A stretch of DNA of 41,644 bases from Desulfobacterales bacterium (GCA_032126435.1 JAQBBE010000052.1:1-41644), one strand, 5' to 3'. Numbered from the stretch's first letter, positions 18,308 through 29,123 are shown. The notes: a model not told the origin generated them from the sequence alone. Translations and numbers: made by a program.

Positions 18308-19450
18308 TTATTCCAGCATATTCAAAGCAATATCGGCAACACGCTTTGACGCACCCGGGCCGCCGAGTACATCTTTTACTTGGAGCAATTCGAGTCTTAA
18401 CTTTTCAAGGCCGGGAGCATCACTTAACATATTGAAGACCGTGTCTGCTATCCGGATAGGAGATGCTTGGTCCTGAACCAATTCGGGAACAATCTTTTTG
18501 CCGGTAATGAGGTTGACCAGGCCGATATGTTTGACCTGTATCATTGCTCTTCCAAGCCAGTAGCTTATGGGAGATACTTTGTAAATAATTACCATGGGTG
18601 TTCCGGAAATTGCGGATTCAAGAGTAACCGTGCCAGATGCGGCAATAACAACGTTGCTTTTTTCAAAGATTTTTCTGACATGGCCGGATACGATCTCAAG
18701 CTCGGCAACCCCCTTGTGTTTGTTAACGATTTCTTCCACGGTTTTTCTTTTCACATCAGGGGCAAGTGAAACCATGAATTTTACGTTCTTCATCCTTTTG
18801 AATAAAATTTGGGCAGCACCAAGCATTATGGGAAGGTGTCTATCAATTTCCCGATCGCGGGATCCCGGGAAAAGACCTATGACAGAAATATCATTTTCAG
18901 GCTTTTGAAAAGTTTTTGTTCCATAATCAAGGTTCGTATCAAGTAAAGGATGCCCAACAAATGTTACCGGAATTTTATGTTTTTTATAGAAGTCTTCTTC
19001 AAAAGGCAGGATAACCGCCACATGATCTACAAGCTTTCCGATCTTCTTGACACGGCCGGGTCTCCAGGCCCAAATCTGAGGGCTGATATAATAAAGTACT
19101 GGTGTTCCAAGTTTTTTGGCGAAGGATGCCAGATGAAGATTAAAATCCGGGAAATCTATAAGAATCAGAAGATCGGGACGCAGTGTATTAAGGGCCTTTT
19201 TGGCAACGCTCAGGCCTTTTAGAATATTTGGCATTTTTGAAAAAACCTCGATTATTCCCACAACGGCAAGCTCAGAAGCATCCATCAATATTTTGACTCC
19301 GGCTTCCTTAAGTGCCCGGCCGCCTATACCGCAGAAAAACAGCCCTTTGTTCCTTTTTCGCATGGCGCTGACAAGTTTTGACCCGTGTAGATCACCGGAA
19401 GTTTCACCGGCAATAATCATGACACATTTTTGATCTGAAGACCCATCCAT
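18308..19450 (-). CDS. lpxB: Lipid-A-disaccharide synthase
   Basis: IAGETSGDLHG, IDFPDFN, SPQIWAWR, FVGHPL, PGSR. Confidence 0.97.
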   Translation of the reverse strand: MDGSSDQKCVMIIAGETSGDLHGSKLVSAMRKRNKGLFFCGIGGRALKEAGVKILMDASELAVVGIIEVFSKMPNILKGLSVAKKALNTLRPDLLILIDFPDFNLHLASFAKKLGTPVLYYISPQIWAWRPGRVKKIGKLVDHVAVILPFEEDFYKKHKIPVTFVGHPLLDTNLDYGTKTFQKPENDISVIGLFPGSRDREIDRHLPIMLGAAQILFKRMKNVKFMVSLAPDVKRKTVEEIVNKHKGVAELEIVSGHVRKIFEKSNVVIAASGTVTLESAISGTPMVIIYKVSPISYWLGRAMIQVKHIGLVNLITGKKIVPELVQDQASPIRIADTVFNMLSDAPGLEKLRLELLQVKDVLGGPGASKRVADIALNMLE

Positions 19451-19456
19451 AGATTT

Positions 19457-20413
19457 CTAACGCAAAAACCGTTGAACGTTATCCTTGATCTGATCCATAA
19501 TATCCAAGGCAACCTCCAGAGCATCACGCCCCATTTGAGCAGTTACTTCAGGAGATTCACGCATTGCAACCGCTTTTACAAAGGATTTTAATTCATTCTC
19601 CAGTGCGTCACCGGCTTCAAAGCTAACCTGTTTGATATCCATGCCCGGTATAAGACTACATTCAGCTTCGCTATCCTTCTGGATAATGACAATTCCCTTG
19701 TTAGAAAAATCGACAGAAACATAGGCATCTTTTTGAAACAGCCTGATTTTTCTTTCATTTTTGGTCGATATTCGACTGGCTGTCACGTTTGCCACGCATC
19801 CGCTTTTAAATTCAAGACGTGCGTTTGCGATATCGACATGCTCGGATATTACAGGAACTCCTGAAGCTCGGATATCGCTAATTTCCGACCCGACAAGGCT
19901 CAAAATAAGATCAATATCATGGATCATAAGGTCGAGCACGACACTCACATCGGTACAGCGCCCCGTAAAAATACTCAACCGGTGTGATTCTATGAACATC
20001 GGTTTTTTAACAATATCCTGCAGAGCAACGCTAACCGGATTAAATCGTTCGAGATGCCCGACTTGGATGATAAGACCCCGTGATTCTGCAAACCGAATCA
20101 GTTCATCCGCCTCTTCGGTCGTCTCTGTCATAGGTTTTTCAATCAGGATATCGATATTATTTTGTAAAAAATCCTTGGCAACTTCAAAATGAGCCGGTGT
20201 CGGAACAGCGATACTAACAGCGTCTACTTTCCCAAAAAGGTCCTTATGATTAAGATATGCCCTTGTATTAAACTTTTGGGCAACATCTTCGGCTTGGGAT
20301 TTATCGATATCAACAACGCCGGCAAGTTCGACTTCATTCATTTGGCTGTATTTTTCAGCGTGAAATTTTCCAAGATAGCCGACACCGACAACACCAACAC
20401 GCAATTTTTTCAT
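19457..20413 (-). CDS. Gfo/Idh/MocA oxidoreductase, GnnA-like (possible UDP-GlcNAc 3-dehydrogenase)
   Basis: GVGYLGKFH, EKP, VGHLERFNP, DLMIHD; position between lpxI and lpxB. Confidence 0.85.
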   Translation of the reverse strand: MKKLRVGVVGVGYLGKFHAEKYSQMNEVELAGVVDIDKSQAEDVAQKFNTRAYLNHKDLFGKVDAVSIAVPTPAHFEVAKDFLQNNIDILIEKPMTETTEEADELIRFAESRGLIIQVGHLERFNPVSVALQDIVKKPMFIESHRLSIFTGRCTDVSVVLDLMIHDIDLILSLVGSEISDIRASGVPVISEHVDIANARLEFKSGCVANVTASRISTKNERKIRLFQKDAYVSVDFSNKGIVIIQKDSEAECSLIPGMDIKQVSFEAGDALENELKSFVKAVAMRESPEVTAQMGRDALEVALDIMDQIKDNVQRFLR

Positions 20414-20417
20414 GGCT

Positions 20418-21221
20418 TTACTTTTCCATCGCAACAATAGTTATTCCGAACTCGTCCGCCAGATTGATCATCTCCTGACGGTCAAAAACAATCGCCTTTC
20501 CGGCTTCAACTACCAGTACCTTTGCTCCTGCTTCCTCCATGGTTTTAATTGTCTGCGCACCAACAGCAGGAATATCGAATCTTATGTCCTGGTTTGGCTT
20601 GCAAACCTTAACAACTACCGCATCACCTCTGCCCAGCTTGCCACCCCGCATTATCGTGGCATCTGTTCCATCTATAGCCTCCACTGCCAAAACAGATCCG
20701 CCGCCGACCACCACACACTGGCCAATATCAAGACGCCCGATCTCTTTCGCCATTTTCCAACCCAGTTCGATATCCTTTTTTTCGGATCGTGACGGTTTCT
20801 GTTTTGTCCAGCAGCCCGGCTGCGCCAGAAGGTCCGGGAGTAAAAATGTCGAGGCCTGTACCTCTACCCCCTCTTTTTCAAGGACCCTTGCAAATCTCCT
20901 GAGCAGCCCGTCGTCATGAGTATCCCGCATGCCCGCAATGAGCGAAATTGCTTTGGTGTCAGGCCTCACATCTGAAAACATCCTTGTCTTTGTTATTCCA
21001 CCAATGAGAACAGCCTGGCTGATATGGTTTTTTTTAAAAAACTTGAGAATACGCTTGATCTGCCCAATATGAATCCATTCAATTGCATCAACATGATCTT
21101 TCAGTCCGGGATCTGTCTCATTATTATGAGCAACCGCATAAACAGCAAACCCCTTGGCTTTTGCAGCTTTTGAAAAAATGATGGGGAACTGTCCATTCCC
21201 GGCGATAAGTCCTATCCGCAT
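20418..21221 (-). CDS. lpxI: UDP-2,3-diacylglucosamine diphosphatase LpxI
   Basis: IGLIAGNGQFP, DIGQCVVV, EAIDGTD, KPNQDIRFDIP. Confidence 0.93.
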   Translation of the reverse strand: MRIGLIAGNGQFPIIFSKAAKAKGFAVYAVAHNNETDPGLKDHVDAIEWIHIGQIKRILKFFKKNHISQAVLIGGITKTRMFSDVRPDTKAISLIAGMRDTHDDGLLRRFARVLEKEGVEVQASTFLLPDLLAQPGCWTKQKPSRSEKKDIELGWKMAKEIGRLDIGQCVVVGGGSVLAVEAIDGTDATIMRGGKLGRGDAVVVKVCKPNQDIRFDIPAVGAQTIKTMEEAGAKVLVVEAGKAIVFDRQEMINLADEFGITIVAMEK

Positions 21222-21361
21222 GGCAGTATTCTCGAAACTCCTGACACGAAGGAATGTTAACAATACCAATTTGAAAAAATATTGAGTATGGTTTATCTGG
21301 AAGAAACCGTTAACGTCTTTTGCGAAAGAGATTAAAGATATTCGATGGTGCTACCTTGGTT

Positions 21362-22132
21362 CTACCTTGTTATTCCCCGTTGAGAAGATTTAATAAACTT
21401 GATCAGATTAACCACCTCGGGGACCTGATCCACCTCCGCCTTAACCCTTTCAATGGCTTCGTTCAGTGTCAGCCCGATACGAAAAAGAATCCGGTACGTT
21501 TTTTTTAACAAAGATAACGTATCTTGTGAAAACCCCTGTCGTTTCAGTCCTACACTGTTTAATCCGTACAGTTTTGCCCGGTCTCCCGCTGCGATTACAT
21601 ATGGCGGGATGTCTTTAACCACAGCCGATTTTCCACCAATATATGCGTAATTTCCAACTCTTACAAATTGATGAATTGCCACCAGCCCGCCGATGGTTAC
21701 AAAGTCTCCGATGCTGATATGACCCGCCAATGTTGCATTATTTGCAAGGAGAACTCTCCGTCCGGTTTTGCAGTCATGGGCGATATGGGCATAAGCCATC
21801 AGGAAATTCTCTTCTCCAATTTCAGTAATACCTCCGCCAAATCCCGTTCCTCTATTAATTGTAACAAACTCGCGCACAACCGTACCGCGCCCGATCTTAA
21901 GGAATGTTTTTTCGCCTTGAAATTTTATTGCCTGGGGAACGGCACCGATGGAAGCATACTGAAAGATATGGCAATCCGAACCGATAGTAACATACGGCTG
22001 AATAACAACATGTGGACCGATGATCGTTCCGGATCCAATCTGAACATCTGCTTCGATAATCGAATGCGGACCGATTTCAACATTAGAATCTATATCGGCC
22101 TTCGGGTCGATAACTGCTGTAGGATGTATCAT
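21362..22132 (-). CDS. lpxA: UDP-N-acetylglucosamine acyltransferase
   Basis: MIHPTAVI, hexapeptide repeats, HIAHDC, HQF, GLNSVGLKR. Confidence 0.97.
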   Translation of the reverse strand: MIHPTAVIDPKADIDSNVEIGPHSIIEADVQIGSGTIIGPHVVIQPYVTIGSDCHIFQYASIGAVPQAIKFQGEKTFLKIGRGTVVREFVTINRGTGFGGGITEIGEENFLMAYAHIAHDCKTGRRVLLANNATLAGHISIGDFVTIGGLVAIHQFVRVGNYAYIGGKSAVVKDIPPYVIAAGDRAKLYGLNSVGLKRQGFSQDTLSLLKKTYRILFRIGLTLNEAIERVKAEVDQVPEVVNLIKFIKSSQRGITR

Positions 22133-22575
22133 TACTCTCCTCCAAAAGTTGCCATAAGTTGAGCCTCAGCCACGATTTTCTCATCAACATATGCGATTCC
22201 GGCCATCTTGAACACCTTGCCCCGTCGTTTAAGAAATTTCATTTCAAACACAAGCTGATCACCGGGGATAACGGGTTTGCGGAATTTTACCCTGTCCATA
22301 CCCATAAAAAATATGAGGGAACCGTTTTCTTCCCGGGACATGGACTCAGCAGCCAGAACAGCACCGGCCTGCCCCATGGCTTCGATGATAAGTACGCCGG
22401 GCATAATTGGATTTCCCGGAAAATGTCCCTGGAAAAAGGGCTCGTTGATAGTGACGTTTTTGAGAGCAACAACTTTCTCACCCGGCACAAGTTCAAGTAT
22501 TCGATCGATCATAATGAACGGATACCGGTGAGGCAGCGACTTCATAATTTCCAGAATATCAATAGGTTTATTCAT
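22132..22575 (-). CDS. fabZ: 3-hydroxyacyl-ACP dehydratase
   Basis: LPHRYPF, NEPFFQGHFP, MPGVLIIEAM. Confidence 0.97.
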   Translation of the reverse strand: MNKPIDILEIMKSLPHRYPFIMIDRILELVPGEKVVALKNVTINEPFFQGHFPGNPIMPGVLIIEAMGQAGAVLAAESMSREENGSLIFFMGMDRVKFRKPVIPGDQLVFEMKFLKRRGKVFKMAGIAYVDEKIVAEAQLMATFGGE

Positions 22576-22593
22576 TTCCCAACGCTCCTTACG

Positions 22594-23622
22594 TTACTCC
22601 AACGTTTCCTCAATTTTATTTAATCTTTTCTCGATCTTGGAAACCTTTTTTATAAACTCGGGAAGCTTTGGCAGAACATTTTGGACCCTTAGCCATAATT
22701 TATGGGGCATCGCGACTACTCCCGATACGACCTGACCTTCGGGCACCGATTTGGCAACGCCTGCTTTCGGACCGACAATGGCATTGTCACCGACGTTCAG
22801 ATGGCCCGCAATTCCGGCCTGACCTGCCAAAATAGCATTTTTCCCAATGGTTACACTTCCTGAAATACCGACTTGGGCAACCAGAATAGTGTTTTCACCT
22901 ACGGTCACATTGTGCGCAATTTGAACCAGATTGTCGGTCTTGACACCACGACATATCCGGGTTTTTCCAAAGGTCGCCCTGTCGATGGTGTTCCCGGCAC
23001 CAATTTCAACGTCGTCATCGATCTGAACAATACCGGTATGGGGTATCTTGTAATACTTTCTACCCTCCGGAGAAAAACCGAAACCATCACTCCCGATCAC
23101 CGTACCGGCATGAATTGTCACTCGATTTCCGATTATGCAACGCTCAAGGATTGTCACATTGGGGTATATCAGAACATCATCTCCCATGGAAACGTTGTCT
23201 CCGATCACGACATTGGGATGGACAAACACACGATTGCCCAGGGAAACATTGTCTCCGATCACGACAAAAGGAGCGATGAACACATCTTTTCCGCAGTTGA
23301 ACTTTTTGCCGATATATGCACTTGAGCTTATGCCGGGCTCGGGTTTTGAAGCAGGATAAAAAAGATTCAAAACCTTGATAAAAGAAAGCTTTGGATTATC
23401 CACCTTCACAAGGTTTTTTGTGGCGGTTTGAAAATCCCGGGGGACAATAACGGCTCCGGCACTGGTTTCATCAATCCTTTTTAGGAATTTTGCATTGCCG
23501 GCAAATGTTATTTCATCACCGTTTGCTTCTTCAAAAGATGCCGCGCCACGAATCTTTTTACCCGTGTTGCCGCTGAGTTCTCCTTCAACAATTTCGGCGA
23601 TCTTGACAAGTGACAGTTCCAT
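22594..23622 (-). CDS. lpxD: UDP-3-O-acylglucosamine N-acyltransferase
   Basis: IGSDGFGF, TIDRA, KTDNLVQIAHNV; start set at 23622. Confidence 0.96.
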   Translation of the reverse strand: MELSLVKIAEIVEGELSGNTGKKIRGAASFEEANGDEITFAGNAKFLKRIDETSAGAVIVPRDFQTATKNLVKVDNPKLSFIKVLNLFYPASKPEPGISSSAYIGKKFNCGKDVFIAPFVVIGDNVSLGNRVFVHPNVVIGDNVSMGDDVLIYPNVTILERCIIGNRVTIHAGTVIGSDGFGFSPEGRKYYKIPHTGIVQIDDDVEIGAGNTIDRATFGKTRICRGVKTDNLVQIAHNVTVGENTILVAQVGISGSVTIGKNAILAGQAGIAGHLNVGDNAIVGPKAGVAKSVPEGQVVSGVVAMPHKLWLRVQNVLPKLPEFIKKVSKIEKRLNKIEETLE

Positions 23623-23644
23623 TTTAAATATAACCAAATCGTTA

Positions 23645-24211
23645 TTATTGTTTTTTATTTGTTTTATCCTTTTTTTCAGTATTCTGGGCAAAAACTGCAT
23701 TGTATTCCTGGATCAACCGGTCGCTGATATCAATGGTGTCCGGCGAATATATTATCCCTGCTTCCCGTTTTTCGAGGATAAGCAGAAAGCCTTCTTTTTT
23801 GCCAATCTCAGCAACAATCTTTAGAAGCTCTTTCTGAATGCGGGTAACAAGTTTTTTTTCTTGTTCCTTGAAATCATCCATATAATTTTTCTGCAATGAT
23901 TTAAAATCATTGATACTGATTCTGATTTCACGTTCTTTCTCTGCCCGCATCTCATTGCTCATCACCAGAGCTTCACGCTCCAGTTTTTTCTTTGTCTCTT
24001 CAATATTTTCACCCTTTTTCTTGAGATCTGCCTCCATCTTTCTCCCTTGCTCATTGATTTTATCCCTCGCCAATTTCCCGGCATTGGAGATCTCAAGAAC
24101 TTTTTGAAAATCGACGACACCGATTTTGGCAACATCCGCCCCATAAGAAGAAGCAACAAGGAAACCAAAACAAACAACTATTGCAACTAAAGCCGTTTTA
24201 AACGTACGCAT
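23645..24211 (-). CDS. skp: OmpH/Skp periplasmic chaperone
   Basis: Signal peptide, KIGVVDFQKV, coiled coil; between bamA and lpxD; AAAGGGG RBS. Confidence 0.92.
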   Translation of the reverse strand: MRTFKTALVAIVVCFGFLVASSYGADVAKIGVVDFQKVLEISNAGKLARDKINEQGRKMEADLKKKGENIEETKKKLEREALVMSNEMRAEKEREIRISINDFKSLQKNYMDDFKEQEKKLVTRIQKELLKIVAEIGKKEGFLLILEKREAGIIYSPDTIDISDRLIQEYNAVFAQNTEKKDKTNKKQ

Positions 24212-24394
24212 TTTATCCCCCTTTAGAGATCGTTTAATCATTGACCAATTTACCTGTTTCTGAATTTTTGATATTAGAATATAGACAACCCCTCAAACAG
24301 ATAATGAATTTATTTTGTTGCAGAATTTCTCAATTCTGTTTGCACGCATTTGGAATTTAACAAAAAGAACAAGTACTCTGGAGAAGACATTTTT

Positions 24395-27028
24395 TTAAAA
24401 TGCTGAACCCATTGAAAATTCCCAGCGGCCACCCGAATCTTCGCCTTCTTGAACATCCAGTTTGTGCCCATACTCAATCCGGAGAGGTCCCATGGGAGAA
24501 TACCATCTGATGCCTAACCCGACGCTACTCCTCAAGTTGCCCATGTCTATACTCTCACCGTTGTTGTATACATTGCCGGTATCATAAAAGAGGAGACCCA
24601 CAAGGCCTTGATCCTTTAACAGCGGAATTATGTATTCAACATTAAACTGTACGAACTTGTCTCCCCCGATTTCGTAGCCGTCTTCGTCTAAAACATGTAC
24701 CTCTCGCCATTCATAACCACGCAAGGAATTAATACCACCCAAATAAAACCGTTCATAATCCGGTAAGATGCCGCCTGAATTTTCTTCCACATATCCTCCT
24801 TTGCCATGTAAAAAACCGACGGTTCCCTTAAACAGGGGAAAATACCAGCCGGTCTCAGCGAGATATTTTGTGAAGGCAACATTTCCCCCAAGGCCGGCAT
24901 ATTCCACCGTGATACTGTGCTTCGATCCTTCTGTAGGATTAAAGACTCTGTCTTTTGAGTCGTAAGTTACAGCGGCGGATACACTGCTCGTTATGTTGGT
25001 GCCCTCCAGGTCTATGATCGATTTTGCTGCAAACTCAGATATATTTGATATATCGGAATTGTCGTAATTATATCTTAGATATCCCCTTGTATAATCAAAA
25101 ATAGGATAGCCGAACCTTACACCGCCCCCGACACTTGCCTTGTCATAGGTGTCATAGTCGGTTTCCCAGTTATACAGGTCAAATCCCGCTGACAAAGGAA
25201 TATCAAACAGCCAGGGTTCCGTAAAACTCAATTTATAGGCACTTGTTCTCCCGCCTATCTGACCTTCCAGCGAGAGAACCTGGCCACGCCCGAACAGATT
25301 ATTCTGGTTAATGGAAGCCGTTAAAAAAACATTTTCCTGGCTGCTATAACCTGCGCCAAACATAATGGCGCCGGTTGACTTTTCAGTAACATCGATTTTT
25401 AAAATCATACTGTCATCGGTGCTTCCCTTGGCCGTATTTATCTTTATATCTTCAAAAAAATTAAGCCGATGAAGGTTCCGAACGCTCCGTTTTAACGCTC
25501 GACCGCTGTAAAGTTCTTGCTCATATACCATAAGCTCTCGTCGGATAACCTTATCTCTTGTTTTGGTATTGCCGCCAATAATTATTTTATCAAAATAGAC
25601 CTGTTTACCCTTTTGAACGACATAGGTTATATTCACTTTCAATTCATCAAAATCTTTTTCAATTCTGGGCGCTATATCGGGATAGGCATAGCCTTCATCA
25701 GAGTAAAGATCCGTTAGGGCCAGCACATCATTCCGAACAGTTTCACGATTGTAATATGTCTCTTGGGTGATTTTAAGGTTTTTTATCAATTCATTTTGGG
25801 GTAAAACAAGGTCACCCGTAATATCGACTTTCCCAACCTTAAACTGTGGCCCTTCATCTATTTTTAGGGTGATGTAGATCCATCTGTCCTTGTATTCAAC
25901 TCGAGGTTCCCCGATTCTGGCCTGTATGTATCCATGGTTATAATAAAAGGCCGATAATATTGCGACATCCTGTTCAAGATCTTCCTTTTTAAGATCTCCG
26001 GACGAGGTCACCCAAGAAAGAAACCCCTTTTCCCGGGTCTTCAAATATTTTTTTAATTCCTTATCAGTATACGCATGGTTCCCTTCAAAAATTATGCTTT
26101 TTATCAAAACCTTTTCACCCTCATCAATATCGAACTCCAAGTCAACCTGATTTTGTTCCAGAGGATGAATCTTGTAGGTAATTTGAACATTATGATAATT
26201 TTTCTCTTTGTACAGTTCTTCTATCCGGTCGACGTTACTGCGAATTTTAGAAATATTCAAAATCGATCCGGTTTTAATCGTCAAATTCTCCTTAACCTTA
26301 TCCTCTTTATATACTTTATTACCTTTAATATGAATGACGCGTATGGTCGGTTTTTCTTTAACCCTGAATATTATATTTTTCCCGATGGGAGTGTCCTCGG
26401 CCTCAATCCTTATATCGTCAAAATATCCCATTTCATAGACTGCTTTAAGGTCCTCGGAAAGGCTTTTTGAAAGATAGATGTCGCCGGGTTTTGTTTTAAT
26501 AACCCTTTTAATGGCGTCAGCCTCTATTCGCTTGTTATCGGCAATGACAACACTGGCCACCTTTTCCCGCTTAAAGAGTTTCATTCCGATATCACGGGCG
26601 AGTTGTTTCACGGTGCCGGACAGATTCTCTATGCCTTGCCCCTCTTTAATAAAGACACGGGGGGGACCTTCATCAAAAGATTCTATCATCTTTACATCAA
26701 GGCTGAACTGTTGTCCGATCAATGTAAAGCTGCCCCAGACAACATAATCAACTCCATTCTTGATGCCGAGATTCCGAATTTGACCGAAGCTCTCGGTCGT
26801 TTCTCCGGATGTAAAATCTGGAATAATTCCTGGAGCTAAAATAGCAGCACCTTCCTGTTTGAGATGACTCGTTATTACCGCCAGTATTTCTTCTTTCAAG
26901 TAGGAAAGTTCCCCAATCGCATGGATTTCAAATGGTAATACCATTACCCTGACACTGTCCATGGGACGTGCGGTTTTCGGGCAAAAGCACAATACTGCGA
27001 TAATAAACAGACTCAATTTTCTAAACAT
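24395..27028 (-). CDS. bamA: Outer-membrane protein assembly factor BamA with an extra N-terminal domain
   Basis: POTRA repeats, GNTKTRDKVIRRE, LRGY, SPMGPL, terminal F; TTG at 27040 is an alternative start. Confidence 0.96.
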   Translation of the reverse strand: MFRKLSLFIIAVLCFCPKTARPMDSVRVMVLPFEIHAIGELSYLKEEILAVITSHLKQEGAAILAPGIIPDFTSGETTESFGQIRNLGIKNGVDYVVWGSFTLIGQQFSLDVKMIESFDEGPPRVFIKEGQGIENLSGTVKQLARDIGMKLFKREKVASVVIADNKRIEADAIKRVIKTKPGDIYLSKSLSEDLKAVYEMGYFDDIRIEAEDTPIGKNIIFRVKEKPTIRVIHIKGNKVYKEDKVKENLTIKTGSILNISKIRSNVDRIEELYKEKNYHNVQITYKIHPLEQNQVDLEFDIDEGEKVLIKSIIFEGNHAYTDKELKKYLKTREKGFLSWVTSSGDLKKEDLEQDVAILSAFYYNHGYIQARIGEPRVEYKDRWIYITLKIDEGPQFKVGKVDITGDLVLPQNELIKNLKITQETYYNRETVRNDVLALTDLYSDEGYAYPDIAPRIEKDFDELKVNITYVVQKGKQVYFDKIIIGGNTKTRDKVIRRELMVYEQELYSGRALKRSVRNLHRLNFFEDIKINTAKGSTDDSMILKIDVTEKSTGAIMFGAGYSSQENVFLTASINQNNLFGRGQVLSLEGQIGGRTSAYKLSFTEPWLFDIPLSAGFDLYNWETDYDTYDKASVGGGVRFGYPIFDYTRGYLRYNYDNSDISNISEFAAKSIIDLEGTNITSSVSAAVTYDSKDRVFNPTEGSKHSITVEYAGLGGNVAFTKYLAETGWYFPLFKGTVGFLHGKGGYVEENSGGILPDYERFYLGGINSLRGYEWREVHVLDEDGYEIGGDKFVQFNVEYIIPLLKDQGLVGLLFYDTGNVYNNGESIDMGNLRSSVGLGIRWYSPMGPLRIEYGHKLDVQEGEDSGGRWEFSMGSAF

Positions 27029-27181
27029 CGATTTTTTCAAAACCTAAATTCCCATCCCCTGAGCAGTTTGTTTTTTTAGTTCAATTTAGTCTAAGGAAAA
27101 ATCTGCCTCATTCGGTTTCAGTGGATCTGGTTTCACCCCTATCAAATGTCACCTTTTGCTTTGTTATCCTAAAGTCAAACC

Positions 27182-27895
27182 TTACAATTCCACCAGTTGA
27201 CCATCCACAATCGTTGTTCTGCGTGACATATAAGATGCAAGTTCCATATTGTGAGTTACGACGATTAATGTCATGCCGAACTCGTCATTCAACTCCAAAA
27301 GTAAATCATGAATATGCTCGCTGTTTCGCTTGTCAAGATTGCCGGTAGGTTCATCCGCCAAAAGCATCGCAGGTTTGAGAACCAACGCCCTTGCCAAGGC
27401 AACCCGTTGCTGTTCACCGCCTGAAAGCTTGCCGGCTCTGAAATTCAATCTGTCCTTAAGATCTACTCTGACAAGCATCGCCTCTGCAATCTCTCTGGCT
27501 TCTTTCTTCCTCATCCCTTTAATCAGTACCGGCATTATCGTATTTTCAAGGGCTGTAAATTCGGGAAGCAAGTAATGAAACTGAAACACAAAACCCACCG
27601 TTTCGTTTCGAAATTGGGCCAGTCTGATTGGATCAAAAACAAAGATATCATCACCATTGAAAAAATAGGCCCCGCTATCGGGCGGATCCAGCGCGCCAAG
27701 GATATGAAGCAGCGTAGACTTGCCGATGCCGGATGCGCCAACAATCGCCAAGGTCTCGCCAGCATCCATATCAAGATTAACGCCCTTTAAGATATCAATG
27801 CGGGTCTCACTGTTGTCGAAACTCTTGCATAAATCTCTGACCGTCAAAAACCGATCCGGAAGAGGCCTTTTTTCATCGCCCATACCGTTAACCAT
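27182..27895 (-). CDS. lolD: Lipoprotein-releasing ABC transporter ATPase
   Basis: GASGIGKST, GFVFQF, LSGGEQQR, ADEPTGNLD; adjacent to lolC/E. Confidence 0.9.
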   Translation of the reverse strand: MVNGMGDEKRPLPDRFLTVRDLCKSFDNSETRIDILKGVNLDMDAGETLAIVGASGIGKSTLLHILGALDPPDSGAYFFNGDDIFVFDPIRLAQFRNETVGFVFQFHYLLPEFTALENTIMPVLIKGMRKKEAREIAEAMLVRVDLKDRLNFRAGKLSGGEQQRVALARALVLKPAMLLADEPTGNLDKRNSEHIHDLLLELNDEFGMTLIVVTHNMELASYMSRRTTIVDGQLVEL

Positions 27896-29123
27896 ACCGT
27901 ATGGCCTCCACAGGGTTGAGCTTTGACGCCTGCCGCGCCGGATAGAGGGTTGCTACAAAACAGATGATCAATGCAGCGGCAGCGATTATTAAAACATCCA
28001 TAGGATTAAGTCGAACCGGAAGCGTCGAAATATAGTACACATCTCCCGGGAGTTCGATAAACTTGTACTTTTCCAGCAACTCACACATAATAAAACCCAG
28101 ACATACACCCAGCGTAGTGCCCACAGAACCGATGATCATCCCATTAAAAATAAAAATCTTCCTGATACTGCTGTCCATGGCTCCCATGGCCTTTAATATG
28201 GCGATGTCCCTGGTTTTCCCCATCACCATCATAATCAGTGTGCTTGCAATATTGAACGCCGCCACCAGCACGATAAGGGCCAAAATTATAAACATAACCG
28301 TTTTCTCCAGCTTAAGTGCAGAAAAGAGATTGTGGTTCATTTGCATCCAGTCTTTGGCCCAATAAGGAAATCCAAGATTTGAAACGATCTTTTCCGCAAT
28401 ATTCCTTGCATCGTAAACATCTTTAACACGAACTTCGATGCCGGTCACAGCGCCTTCCATATGTAAAATTTTCTGCGCGTCTTTCAGATTGATATAAGCA
28501 AGAGACCCATCATATTCGTACATACCGGATTCAAAGAGTCCCGTAACCTTGAAGCGCTTCATTGCCGGCAGGTATCCTATGGGTGAAATCATACCCTGGG
28601 ATGATATCAGATAGACCGCATCGCCCTTAGCGACCCCCAGATTTCTGGATAGCTCTTTACCCAGGATAATTCCCGGCACCAAGGACTCGGAGTTCCCCAG
28701 TCCCTGGGTCTGCTTCAAATTCTGCAAACCGGAATCCTTCAGAATTTTTATTACCCCTCCGGCGGATTCCGGGTCTATACCTCTTAAAACGGCTCCCGAC
28801 ACCCCGGATGGGGATCGCAGCATGATTTGAGTGTATATAAACGGTGTGGCAGCCGTTACGCCGTCCAGCGTGTCGATCTGTTTAGATATTTTGCGATAGT
28901 CGGAGAAGGAACCGCCGTGTCGCATCAGCACAATATGGGATTCTACCCCGAGTATACGCTGCTTAAGATCAGACTCAAAGCCGGCCATTACAGCAATAAC
29001 AACGATCAACGCCATAACCCCAACCGTCACTCCGGCAATGGACAGTATGGTTATGAGTGAAATAAACGTTTCTTTTTGTTTGGCTCTGAGATAGCGGCCG
29101 CCGATGAAATACTCAAAAGACAT
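27888..29123 (-). CDS. lolC: Lipoprotein-releasing ABC transporter permease LolC/E (single copy)
   Basis: ALIVVIAVMAGF, LFSALKLEK, DIAILKAMGA, YPARQAS. Confidence 0.9.
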   Translation of the reverse strand: MSFEYFIGGRYLRAKQKETFISLITILSIAGVTVGVMALIVVIAVMAGFESDLKQRILGVESHIVLMRHGGSFSDYRKISKQIDTLDGVTAATPFIYTQIMLRSPSGVSGAVLRGIDPESAGGVIKILKDSGLQNLKQTQGLGNSESLVPGIILGKELSRNLGVAKGDAVYLISSQGMISPIGYLPAMKRFKVTGLFESGMYEYDGSLAYINLKDAQKILHMEGAVTGIEVRVKDVYDARNIAEKIVSNLGFPYWAKDWMQMNHNLFSALKLEKTVMFIILALIVLVAAFNIASTLIMMVMGKTRDIAILKAMGAMDSSIRKIFIFNGMIIGSVGTTLGVCLGFIMCELLEKYKFIELPGDVYYISTLPVRLNPMDVLIIAAAALIICFVATLYPARQASKLNPVEAIRYG

